In this document: one piece after another, positions 38,437-46,989 of the stretch | How positions within the stretch are numbered: the stretch's first letter is position 1 | Layout of the letters: each line of letters starts with the position of its first letter | Assembly: GCA_963668025.2 (NCBI GenBank) | Contig: CAXXTH010000021.1 | Coordinates: 50,854-114,853 of the forward strand | DNA length: 64,000 nucleotides | Origin: Candidatus Hydrogenedentota bacterium | Lineage (GTDB): Bacteria > Hydrogenedentota > Hydrogenedentia > Hydrogenedentales > SLHB01 | Reading direction: 5' to 3' | The notes under the pieces: generated by a model | Told to the model about the DNA's origin: nothing | The model's database searches: none | What the model saw: the letters and a program-made list of their open reading frames with translations, nothing else | Made by a program: the position numbers and the translations under genes

Positions 38437-40218
38437 ATGAAATCGAAACGCTCGTGTTTGTATCTTTCTTCAGCTCTTCAAAAATGCCTCATATGCTTGA
38501 TATTCATCTCTTTAGGCCTATTGGCGGAGGCTGCGCCGCAGACACTTTCTGCGGGCGGCAAATCGGCCGCCAGCAAGGGAGCTGGCGTCACCATCATCAT
38601 GCATGGATGGAATGTGGCGTCGGGCGAGCCTTCCTGGACGGAGGTGATGCAAGATGCGATTGTGGCGCAATTGGGCGGTGAAGGAAAGACGGGTAAAATC
38701 ACCGTGACCGGCACGGAAGGACATCTCACGGCGGCATGCAGCCCGTGGAGTTTCGAGCTGGATACGGCCACAAGCGGGGAAATTGTCATCCGTGTGGATT
38801 GGACGGCCGTCGCGAACCATCTATTGGCGGGTGTCACCGCGCAAGAAACCGCCGCAGTGTTAGCGCCTGTGATCATGCAAGAGCAGAACGGCCAGCATCC
38901 GCTGGCTGAATTGCCTATTCATTTGATTGGGCATAGCCGGGGCGGCGGCATGGTGTATGAGCTTGCCCGCCTGCTGGGGCTTCAAGGGATTCAGGTGGAA
39001 CAGGTGACTTCGCTGGATCCGCATCCGCTTACCACGGAAGATCCGCAAGGTCTGCCGTCTCCTTTGGGGCCGGGCAGCACGATTGATACGCCCATAAAAG
39101 TGTATGAAAACATCCTTTTCGCCGATAACTACTGGCAAAACATTTCCTATCCGGAAGGACACTATGTGAGCGGGGCGTACAACAGAGAATGGACAAGCCT
39201 TTCCGGAGGCTACCACAATCATGCCAGTTCGATATACCAAGACATTGCGGATCATCTGAATATCTACTTGATGTATTTGGGCACTATTGACGCCAGCAGC
39301 CCCATTTCCGACGGAGAGGCGGAGCTTGGAGCCACGGAGCGGGAAGCCTGGTTCAATGCCTACGAAAACAGCGGGCAATCGACGGGCTTTTTTTACAGCT
39401 TCATACGCGGCAATTATAACTGGTCAAGCGCCGATACGCCGGTTGACGGCGGGAACCAGGTCCGGGATGGATACAACGTTGCTCCGATGCTGGGTGGAGA
39501 CGGGGCGCGAAGCGCACTCACTTGGACCAATGCGGTATGGCCTAATGTGGTTTCGCTGGATGTGCTGCGGAATGGCGCGCCGATAGCTAATGGCGCGCAG
39601 CCCATCGCAGCGGGTGAAGCGCTCGAATTATCGTATGTTTACCTGGATTATGATAGCGCTTCCGATATCACCTTCTATGTAGACGAAGACCGGAATCCGT
39701 ATAACGGCAATTTTGCAGCTACGATTGCAAGCCAAAATCATACGGCAACTGGGGCCAGTTTCGTGCGGAGCGCAGTTCGCTGGGATGTGGAGGCGCTTGC
39801 TCCGATTACGGATTACCATGTATGCGCCGCGATCACGGATGGGGAGAGAGCCCGTTATGTATATGCGCCGCAGGTATTTCAGGAGGCCGTAGGCCATACG
39901 TTGGAGTTATCGGCTACCGAAGGGGGCACTATTTCTCCGGAGCCGGGTTCCCATGTCTATGTGGAAGGCTCGGAGATAACGCTTACAGCCAATCCTGAGG
40001 ATGGCTGGCGATTTGTCGAGTGGCAGGGCGGCGTATCTGGAACGGACGCCAGCATCACGGTGGTTTGCAACAGCGATATGGCCATCACCGCCGTGTTTGA
40101 ACTGGAGAGCCTAGGCTTTCCGCTGGGCTGGGGCGCGCTGAGCGGCATTATGCTTATTACAGTCTTGGCGGCCACAGGCCTAAAGAGGGCATATTCCCGT
40201 AGTGCGAATCGTTATTAG
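38437..40218 (+). CDS. Secreted alpha/beta-hydrolase-fold protein with InlB B-repeat-like domain and C-terminal membrane anchor
   Basis: MHGW, GHSRGG, SLDP; ITLTANPEDGWRFVEWQG; FPLG-TM-KR tail. Confidence 0.78.
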   Translation: MKSKRSCLYLSSALQKCLICLIFISLGLLAEAAPQTLSAGGKSAASKGAGVTIIMHGWNVASGEPSWTEVMQDAIVAQLGGEGKTGKITVTGTEGHLTAACSPWSFELDTATSGEIVIRVDWTAVANHLLAGVTAQETAAVLAPVIMQEQNGQHPLAELPIHLIGHSRGGGMVYELARLLGLQGIQVEQVTSLDPHPLTTEDPQGLPSPLGPGSTIDTPIKVYENILFADNYWQNISYPEGHYVSGAYNREWTSLSGGYHNHASSIYQDIADHLNIYLMYLGTIDASSPISDGEAELGATEREAWFNAYENSGQSTGFFYSFIRGNYNWSSADTPVDGGNQVRDGYNVAPMLGGDGARSALTWTNAVWPNVVSLDVLRNGAPIANGAQPIAAGEALELSYVYLDYDSASDITFYVDEDRNPYNGNFAATIASQNHTATGASFVRSAVRWDVEALAPITDYHVCAAITDGERARYVYAPQVFQEAVGHTLELSATEGGTISPEPGSHVYVEGSEITLTANPEDGWRFVEWQGGVSGTDASITVVCNSDMAITAVFELESLGFPLGWGALSGIMLITVLAATGLKRAYSRSANRY

Positions 40219-40300
40219 GGGCGGTTTCCGACAGACCTAGCATTATTCCGATGACCGGCGCTGGCCACACGCGGCGGGTGTTGGTGGATACTGGCGACGA

Positions 40301-41317
40301 TCAGTCGGAGTTTGTGAAGCGCATGAAGGATTCGAGCATCGCGGAGAGCCCTTTGCTCTCTTCTTCACTGATAAGCTCCGGGCGGCCGGCGGGTTCGTCG
40401 AATGCGCCTGACGAGACGGATGCTTCTTCATGGGCCAAGCCCGTGGAATCTCCGCTCATGCCCCGCCGAATCGACATGGCCTCTTCGCGGCGGACCCGGG
40501 CTTCGGCTAAATCGGACAGGGCCTGTTCGAGTTTGGCGCGTAATGCATCGCGTTCCGCTTCGATTGCGCGCGCCATTTCGCGAATCTCTTCGATTTGTTC
40601 TTCCGCCATAGCCAAGGCCGTTTCGATGTTTTGAGATAATGAATCAAGCTGGATTGGCGTAAATGGGGGTGGTATTTCCGCCGCCTCTGCCGCTGGGCGG
40701 CCATTCCAGCTTGCTTCCTGAGGCGAGTCAAGCGGATGGAGCGGTTCCTGTTCTGTTTCTGATGAGATTTCTTTCCATGCGGCTGGCTGCTGCCCGGGCT
40801 GCGCGGAAGCGGCTGCTTCGTATGGCTGCCGGGCACCCAGGGGTTGATTCCGAATATCGTCTTCAATATCCGGCATGGTATCTTCAGGCCCCAACACCAC
40901 GGTGTTGCCCATCGGAGTTGTCGGGGAAGCACTGGCTGCTGGCGGGATTTCATCGGCGCGTGGCGCCAGCGGCGCTTCGTGCTCGGGATCGAGGTCCGGT
41001 TCACCCAACCAGCTCTCGTATGTGAATCCATCCGAGGCGGGAAGAGCTTCCTTGGCCTCTTCACGGCCCTTATCCCAAGGCCCCCATGACAGATCGGAGG
41101 CGTCTTGCTCTTCGGGCGGCAATATATCGAAGTTGTCCGCAGGTGAAAATGGAGGCGTTGGAATATGCGCTTTTGCTATGGGTGCAAGCGGTTCTTCGCT
41201 TATTGGCACAGGAATGATGCGTTTGCAGTTTTTGCACCAGGCATGGCTTGCGCCATGGCCTGCAGCAACACGCTGCAATGAATCACAATAGGGGCATTTA
41301 AATTCTATCATGCTCAC
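40301..41317 (-). CDS. Zinc-ribbon, acidic/Pro-rich, coiled-coil hypothetical protein
   Basis: CPYC...CKNC, low-complexity middle, heptad-rich C-terminus. Confidence 0.72.
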   Translation of the reverse strand: MSMIEFKCPYCDSLQRVAAGHGASHAWCKNCKRIIPVPISEEPLAPIAKAHIPTPPFSPADNFDILPPEEQDASDLSWGPWDKGREEAKEALPASDGFTYESWLGEPDLDPEHEAPLAPRADEIPPAASASPTTPMGNTVVLGPEDTMPDIEDDIRNQPLGARQPYEAAASAQPGQQPAAWKEISSETEQEPLHPLDSPQEASWNGRPAAEAAEIPPPFTPIQLDSLSQNIETALAMAEEQIEEIREMARAIEAERDALRAKLEQALSDLAEARVRREEAMSIRRGMSGDSTGLAHEEASVSSGAFDEPAGRPELISEEESKGLSAMLESFMRFTNSD

Positions 41318-41418
41318 GGGTGCGCCAAGCCCTTCTCCCCACCACTAACCGCCACAGATGTATCGCCGGGAGTATACCACACCTAAGCGGTCTTGAAGAA
41401 GCAAACAAACGCCCAATT

Positions 41419-43050
41419 TTACGCCACTTTTCCTGTAAACCGCTTCGCCCCGGCGAATGTCATGCCCGTTAAAGCCATAAGGAACACGCTATAAGCAAAA
41501 GCAGAGCCGATATTCGCGCCGCGCAACTCCATATTGATCCGCACGGCGATAGGGATGTTTGCGGGCCGGTACAGCAAAATGGACGACACGAATTCACCAA
41601 GGCTCGTGGCGAAAACCAGGGAAGCGGCCGCCAGCAGCGCGGGAGCCAGCATTGGAGCCGCAACGGTCCAAAATACGCGCCAAGGCCCCGCGCCTAATGT
41701 GCGGCCTGCTTCGATAAGCCCGGCGTCAAACGGTTCGATGGCCGCCGTGGCCATGCGGGTGAACAGCGGCGCGCTCCGCACGAAGTAGGCCAGCGGCAGC
41801 AGCCATATAATCGTGTTTCGCGGCATCCAAGGGTCATTAAAGGATATCAGCAATGTCATGGCCACTACCGTGCCTGGAAGCGCCCATGGAATTGCCGCCA
41901 GCAGGGAGAGCCAGCGCCAGCCCATGCGCTTGCGTCCAATGAGATAGCCTGCGGGCAGTCCGGCGAGCACGGCAAGGAACGCGCCAGCGCCGCTCATCCA
42001 CAGGCTGTTGCGTATGGGAGCCAGTGCGCGCGGATCTCGAAAGATGTCGATGTAGTTGGCGAATGTAAATGCAGCCGGGATGAGCTCGGTCCGCCAGCGC
42101 GCATGATCCACAAAAGACATCCAGATAATAACGATATGGGGGATGAGCAGCACGAATAGGACGGCGCCCGCCGCAAATGCGGCCAGGGTGCGCGCTGCTT
42201 CCGAACGCATTGCACGGGGAGCTCCTTTCGATGCCTGGCCAAATGGTTTGGAGCGGGTGCGGAATAACAGGATTCCTAGCAACGACATCAGCGCCAGCGC
42301 CAGCGTAAGCGTGAGGGCCTCCCGTTCATTGAATTGGGTGTTTGCCTCGTATATGCGCACGCTGAGCATGGGAAAATCATGGCCGAACAGCAGTGGGGCG
42401 CTAAATGAGGCCGTGGACGACATGAACGTTAGCAAGGATGCTCCCGCGAGGGAAGGACGCAGCAGCGGCAGTGTGACCGTGTAAAAGACACGCCAGCGTG
42501 ACGCCCCTAAATTCCGCGCCGCCTCCGCCAGCGAGGCATCAATCCCTCCAAGGGCGGGACTCACCATGGCGTAGAAAAATACATAAAACGAATAGGTGTG
42601 AATCAACAAAATGGCCAAAGGCCCTTGTGGATAGGCGTCGCGCCAGCCCATGCACCGCTCTAGGAATACGGGAATAAGCCCATCGCGCCCGATGAGAAAA
42701 TAGAACGCGACAACGCCTACGAGGGGCGGCAATGTAAACGGCAGGTAGGCCAATACCGCCAGCAGCCTGCTTCCAGGAAAAGCATACCGATTGAGAAAGA
42801 GGGCCAATCCCGTGCCTGCAACGCCTGAGGAAGCCACGGATGCGAGGGAGATCAACAAGGTGTTGCGGATAGGTGCGTAGCCCTCGTCGCCGGTGAGCAC
42901 GCCCATATCCCACAAAAATGCCGCACGCCACAATAACCGCAGGCAAGGATAGGCGACCGCTATCCCCAAGAGGAGCAAGCATAACGCCCAAGCCCAATAG
43001 TCCGCCGGACGAGAGCGAAACGTAGTTGCCGGAATAGCTTGCTTATTCAC
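41419..43050 (-). CDS. Iron(III)-type ABC permease (two fused domains)
   Basis: Two EAA motifs (EAARNLGA, EAGRTLGA) and many TM helices. Confidence 0.92.
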   Translation of the reverse strand: MNKQAIPATTFRSRPADYWAWALCLLLLGIAVAYPCLRLLWRAAFLWDMGVLTGDEGYAPIRNTLLISLASVASSGVAGTGLALFLNRYAFPGSRLLAVLAYLPFTLPPLVGVVAFYFLIGRDGLIPVFLERCMGWRDAYPQGPLAILLIHTYSFYVFFYAMVSPALGGIDASLAEAARNLGASRWRVFYTVTLPLLRPSLAGASLLTFMSSTASFSAPLLFGHDFPMLSVRIYEANTQFNEREALTLTLALALMSLLGILLFRTRSKPFGQASKGAPRAMRSEAARTLAAFAAGAVLFVLLIPHIVIIWMSFVDHARWRTELIPAAFTFANYIDIFRDPRALAPIRNSLWMSGAGAFLAVLAGLPAGYLIGRKRMGWRWLSLLAAIPWALPGTVVAMTLLISFNDPWMPRNTIIWLLPLAYFVRSAPLFTRMATAAIEPFDAGLIEAGRTLGAGPWRVFWTVAAPMLAPALLAAASLVFATSLGEFVSSILLYRPANIPIAVRINMELRGANIGSAFAYSVFLMALTGMTFAGAKRFTGKVA

Positions 43051-43405
43051 CTAATTCCAACGCAGCAGCCGGGGCTTCACAGAAATCCATTATGGCTTCC
43101 CGGTCAGTCTCATCGATTTTAGTATATAAAATAGCCACTTTAAACCGGTCTTCGCCGAATTCATGGGGTTCGCAGCGCACGACGATGCCCTCGCACTCGA
43201 CACGGCGCTCGATGGGTTTGGGCAAATTGAGCGCCATGCCCACCTTGGTCATGAGCGGCACGGGCTTGATCGTATGGCATAAGACCCCGTTCGCACTGAT
43301 GTTGTCGATGTGATTCAACACACCTGGCCCATCGTGCTCCAGGACGCCCGTAATCCCCCGCTTGCTTCTCGCGTACTGCCTTCGGTCATGCTCCATCGTC
43401 CGCAT
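43043..43405 (-). CDS. PilZ domain protein
   Basis: RRQYAR, NISANG, GIVVR. Confidence 0.85.
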   Translation of the reverse strand: MRTMEHDRRQYARSKRGITGVLEHDGPGVLNHIDNISANGVLCHTIKPVPLMTKVGMALNLPKPIERRVECEGIVVRCEPHEFGEDRFKVAILYTKIDETDREAIMDFCEAPAAALELGE

Positions 43406-43592
43406 CACGGTTCCCTCCACTTGCGCATAACACCCTGTATGTCGCAACCATCCTATCTCAGTTGGAGCGCAAATGCAATGGGATGTGTGCTTTACATGGC
43501 GCGGGGATGTGTATTCAACTGGAATGGGCATGCCTGGGCGATTCTGAATGTTTCTCTATATTACATTCTTATTTCCATGGAGGAACGAAGAG

Positions 43593-44135
43593 ATGGATTA
43601 TCTATTTCGTGGTGTTTGCCTTGCCTTGTTGTGCGGTCTGGCGTCCTGTGCGCCAAGAAGCTCACCTGCCGTGCAAGCCAATGCGCCTCAAGATATTAGC
43701 GATAATGGCAACCATAAGGAGGATTCCCCGGACATGGCGCGCAAAATCGAGAAAACCGATGCGGAATGGAAAGAAGAACTCACTCCCGAACAGTATCATG
43801 TCTTGCGGGAGAAAGGTACGGAAGCACCCTTTAGCGGCAAGTACTACCGGGAATCCGAGCCAGGCGAGTACTTGTGTGCGGCGTGCGGTGCGAAATTATT
43901 TGCTTCCGATGCGAAATTCGATGCGGGATGTGGCTGGCCCAGTTTTTCGCGGCCTGTCGAGGAATCGAATCTGGAAGCCCATGAAGACCGGAGCCATGGC
44001 ATGGTGCGCACGGAAGTGCTTTGCGCTCGATGCGGCGGGCATTTGGGCCATGTTTTCGAGGATGGCCCCGCGCCAACCGGGTTGCGGTATTGCATCAATT
44101 CGGCGGCAATCACCCACCAAAAGGCGCAGGAGTAG
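43593..44135 (+). CDS. msrB: Methionine-R-sulfoxide reductase with lipoprotein signal
   Basis: GTEAPF, GCGWPSF, HLGHVF, RYCINS; LASC lipobox. Confidence 0.95.
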   Translation: MDYLFRGVCLALLCGLASCAPRSSPAVQANAPQDISDNGNHKEDSPDMARKIEKTDAEWKEELTPEQYHVLREKGTEAPFSGKYYRESEPGEYLCAACGAKLFASDAKFDAGCGWPSFSRPVEESNLEAHEDRSHGMVRTEVLCARCGGHLGHVFEDGPAPTGLRYCINSAAITHQKAQE

Positions 44136-44253
44136 CTCATCAAATCATTTGGATTATCAATTCAGGATAGCTTTGATTGGAGAGAAATACTTCCTGACGT
44201 GGGCGTTGATCACAACCCAATGGAATGGCATAGCGCCATTCATTCTTGTTTAC

Positions 44254-44361
44254 CTTTGCGTTCTTTGCGGTTTTGCGTGCGTATAAATTAGTTGGGCGTA
44301 CTGGCGGTGGCGTGTGGAATCTATAATAATGTATTTCACGCAAAGCCGCGAAGCCGCAAAG
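44254..44361. repeat. Triple-unit arms (CGCAAAG), outward-facing pair
   Basis: CTTTGCGTTCTTTGCGGTTTTGCGTG ... CACGCAAAGCCGCGAAGCCGCAAAG. Confidence 0.75.
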
Positions 44362-44593
44362 AATACAAGGTTCTACATGCGGCATATCAGTAATCAAAAA
44401 GCTGGATTTTAAGGCCACCCTATGCAGGAGAGAAGATATTGACTACAAGAAGCCGAGTGAATATCCCCTGGCTCTGACGAAGGAAGGTTGCTATTCGTTC
44501 CGTTTTGGAGCGTGGGGGGTGGAGTGGATTATTTTCCCAAAAATAGGTTCATTTTCTTCTGTGAGGATTCTGATAATTTCCCGCTTTTGCAAT

Positions 44594-44651
44594 ACGCAAT
44601 ATTTAGTGCGGCATCTCCTAAAAAAACTCTTTGAACCCCCATATGTTGTGC
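44594..44651. promoter_or_regulatory. Two NrdR-box-like sites 42 bp apart
   Basis: ACGCAATATTTAGTGC (44594) and CCCCCATATGTTGTGC (44636) compared with consensus ACACWATATATWGTGT. Confidence 0.45.
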
Positions 44652-44724
44652 AAGCGAGGGTATTTGGTGTTTGCTCATGATGCGCTAACTCGTTGCGGCA
44701 GAAGAAGAAGGATATAGAAAGGGC

Positions 44725-44790
44725 TTGACGTGCGTGGCGGGGCGTGGTATATTTGGGTTGTTCGGTGGGGAAATGTGGTACGAAGTGGCG
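44725..44790 (+). promoter_or_regulatory. dcw promoter with MraZ-binding repeats
   Basis: TTGACG, 17 nt, TATATT with extended TG; GTGG at 44734, 44744, 44765, 44775 and 44785 (about 10-bp period). Confidence 0.8.
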
Positions 44791-44809
44791 TTGCGGAAGG
44801 AGGAACGGG

Positions 44810-45298
44810 GTGTATTACGGCGAGTCCATCACCAAGCTGGACGACAAGGGCCGTATCACTGTTCCTGTCCGTGTTCGTGAAACGATGAATGTGTTGGGCC
44901 ATGCCCTATGGTACATGACTCGGGGCTTTGATGGCTGCATTTTTTTGTTTCACCAGGAAGAATGGAACAAGATCCGCAAGCAAGCCAGCCAATATTCCTC
45001 GATGGACGCTAAAGCGCTTGATTTTCGCCGTCTGTTTTTCAGCAGTGTGTGCGATGTCAGGCCTGATGCGCAAGGGAGGATGCCGGTGCCGCAGCATTTG
45101 CGCGAGCACGCGGGCCTTGATAAGGAAGCGGTGTTAATCGGGGTGGACGATCATCTCGAATTGTGGAGTAAGGACGGGTGGCGCGCGTTCGTGCAAAACA
45201 AAGAAGCGGAATATAAGCAGATGGCGGGCGCTCTCTTCAGCCAAGCGGAAGGGGAGTCCGGCGGAATGCAGAAAGGTGGGCTAAGCGATGCATGTTGA
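44810..45298 (+). CDS. mraZ: Transcriptional regulator MraZ
   Basis: LDDKGR, DAQGR, IGVDDHLELW; GTG start after AAGGAGG. Confidence 0.96.
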   Translation: MYYGESITKLDDKGRITVPVRVRETMNVLGHALWYMTRGFDGCIFLFHQEEWNKIRKQASQYSSMDAKALDFRRLFFSSVCDVRPDAQGRMPVPQHLREHAGLDKEAVLIGVDDHLELWSKDGWRAFVQNKEAEYKQMAGALFSQAEGESGGMQKGGLSDAC

Positions 45299-45632
45299 AC
45301 GGACAGACATGGGAATGGTGACGGTGCTGCGGCTCGATGGCGATATCGACGAGGGCGGCGTCGAGGCTCTGCGGACGGCGTTGTATGAATGCATGACCCA
45401 GGCGCAATTCAATTTGGTGGTGAATCTCGCCGATGTGCGCTTCATCAGCTATATGGGCGTAGGCGTTCTGGTGGAACGGCTTCGCAAACTGCGCGCGTTC
45501 AAAGGCGATATGAAGCTCGTGGGGATGAATCTGTACGCGGAGCGTTTGTTCCGCATGGTCGGCGTGTCTTCGCTTTTTGACACGTATGAGACCGAAGCCC
45601 AGGCCATCCATGTGTTCCAGGAGGCCGCCTGA
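45288..45632 (+). CDS. STAS domain protein (anti-sigma antagonist-like)
   Basis: VLRLDGDID, VVNLADVRFISYMGVGVLV, LFRMVG; overlaps mraZ and rsmH. Confidence 0.88.
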   Translation: MHVERTDMGMVTVLRLDGDIDEGGVEALRTALYECMTQAQFNLVVNLADVRFISYMGVGVLVERLRKLRAFKGDMKLVGMNLYAERLFRMVGVSSLFDTYETEAQAIHVFQEAA

Positions 45633-46575
45633 AGCCGTGCATACGCCCGTCCTTGCGGGCCCCGCGCTCGAATGGCTGCGCGTGCGGCCGCAGGGAACGT
45701 ATGTGGATTGCACCGCGGGAGCGGGAGGACATGCCGAGGCGATAGCCCGGCAGTTATGCGGAGGCCGGCTGATCGCGCTTGATCGAGACCCGGAAGCGGT
45801 CGAACGGGCGCGTGAGCGGCTTGCAGTATATCCAACCGTCCAGGTGTTTCATAGAAATTATGATGAACTTGCCCAGATCCTTGCGGAGCTGGGCATTCGG
45901 CATATTGAGGGCGTCCTGATCGACGCTGGGGTTTCGAGCATGCAATTGGATGATCCGGCGCGTGGATTCTCGTTCCAGCAGGACGGGCCTCTCGACATGC
46001 GCATGGACCCCACTTCCGGCCTCAGCGCCGCCGAGCGTCTCGCTCAGATGAATGAAGGAGAGCTGGCGCGTGTGTTGCGTGATTATGGGGATGTAGGCCC
46101 AGCCCAGCGCATCGCCCGTGGCATTCTTGGCCGCGCCCGTGCGGGCCGCTTGTCCACGACGAAAGACCTGCGCGACGCCGTGGCGGAAGCCCTGAGCTTT
46201 GTTCGTGGCGTTCCCGATGAAACGCGCACGGTTTTTCAAGCGATACGCATCCTGGTCAATGATGAACTGCGCCGCTTGGAGGCGGTGCTGCGCGGGCAGA
46301 TTCTACCTGCCCTCTCGCCAGAAGGGCGGGTAGTGGTGATTACGTTTCATTCGGGTGAAGACCGTATTGTGAAGAATGTATTCCGGGATGCTTCGCGGCC
46401 CCGCCGCTTATTCCGGCCCGATGGCCGCTTGGAGCGGGAAGAGCCGCCCATGGCGGCTGTATTGACTCCAAAGCCGATTGAGCCTGATGAGGCGGAATGC
46501 AGGGCCAATCCGCGCGCTAAAAGTGCGAAACTACGCGCTGCTGAACGCCTTTCCGGTGGAAGGGAGGAGCTATGA
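45610..46575 (+). CDS. rsmH: 16S rRNA m4C1402 methyltransferase
   Basis: HTPVL, DCTAGAGGH, GVSSMQLD, RGFSF, FHSGEDR, NPRAKSAKLR. Confidence 0.96.
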   Translation: MCSRRPPEAVHTPVLAGPALEWLRVRPQGTYVDCTAGAGGHAEAIARQLCGGRLIALDRDPEAVERARERLAVYPTVQVFHRNYDELAQILAELGIRHIEGVLIDAGVSSMQLDDPARGFSFQQDGPLDMRMDPTSGLSAAERLAQMNEGELARVLRDYGDVGPAQRIARGILGRARAGRLSTTKDLRDAVAEALSFVRGVPDETRTVFQAIRILVNDELRRLEAVLRGQILPALSPEGRVVVITFHSGEDRIVKNVFRDASRPRRLFRPDGRLEREEPPMAAVLTPKPIEPDEAECRANPRAKSAKLRAAERLSGGREEL

Positions 46576-46982
46576 AACGCAACGCCCGAAAACGTATCCT
46601 CCAGGCGCTGACGCGCGGGACGGTGCGGTGGCTGTTATTGCTCGCCGTGCCATTCGCCATGCTGTTCACGGAAGCGTGGCTGCATCTGCAAATCCTGCAA
46701 AATGGCTACCATACGGTTGAATTGCGGAGCTCGATCCGGGATAAAGAGAATAGAATTCGAGAATTAACCGCTTGTGAGGCGTCTTACGGAAAACTTCAGC
46801 AGCTTGAAGCGAATGCCCGCGCGCTTGGACTTGTCGAGCCTCAATTGAGCCAGATCGAGGTGGTGCGGCTTCATCCATCCCCCAATGAACAAGCGCCGGG
46901 AGCCGATCCCGCCGGCGTAGAATTTGCCCGCCTGCCCAAAGAGGCCACTCCGACTACGCTTGCGCCCAACGGGAAGGAATGA
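46572..46982 (+). CDS. ftsL: Cell division protein FtsL-like
   Basis: TM helix plus coiled coil, ARALGL; position between rsmH and ftsI. Confidence 0.75.
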   Translation: MKRNARKRILQALTRGTVRWLLLLAVPFAMLFTEAWLHLQILQNGYHTVELRSSIRDKENRIRELTACEASYGKLQQLEANARALGLVEPQLSQIEVVRLHPSPNEQAPGADPAGVEFARLPKEATPTTLAPNGKE

Positions 46983-46989
46983 GTGCGCC

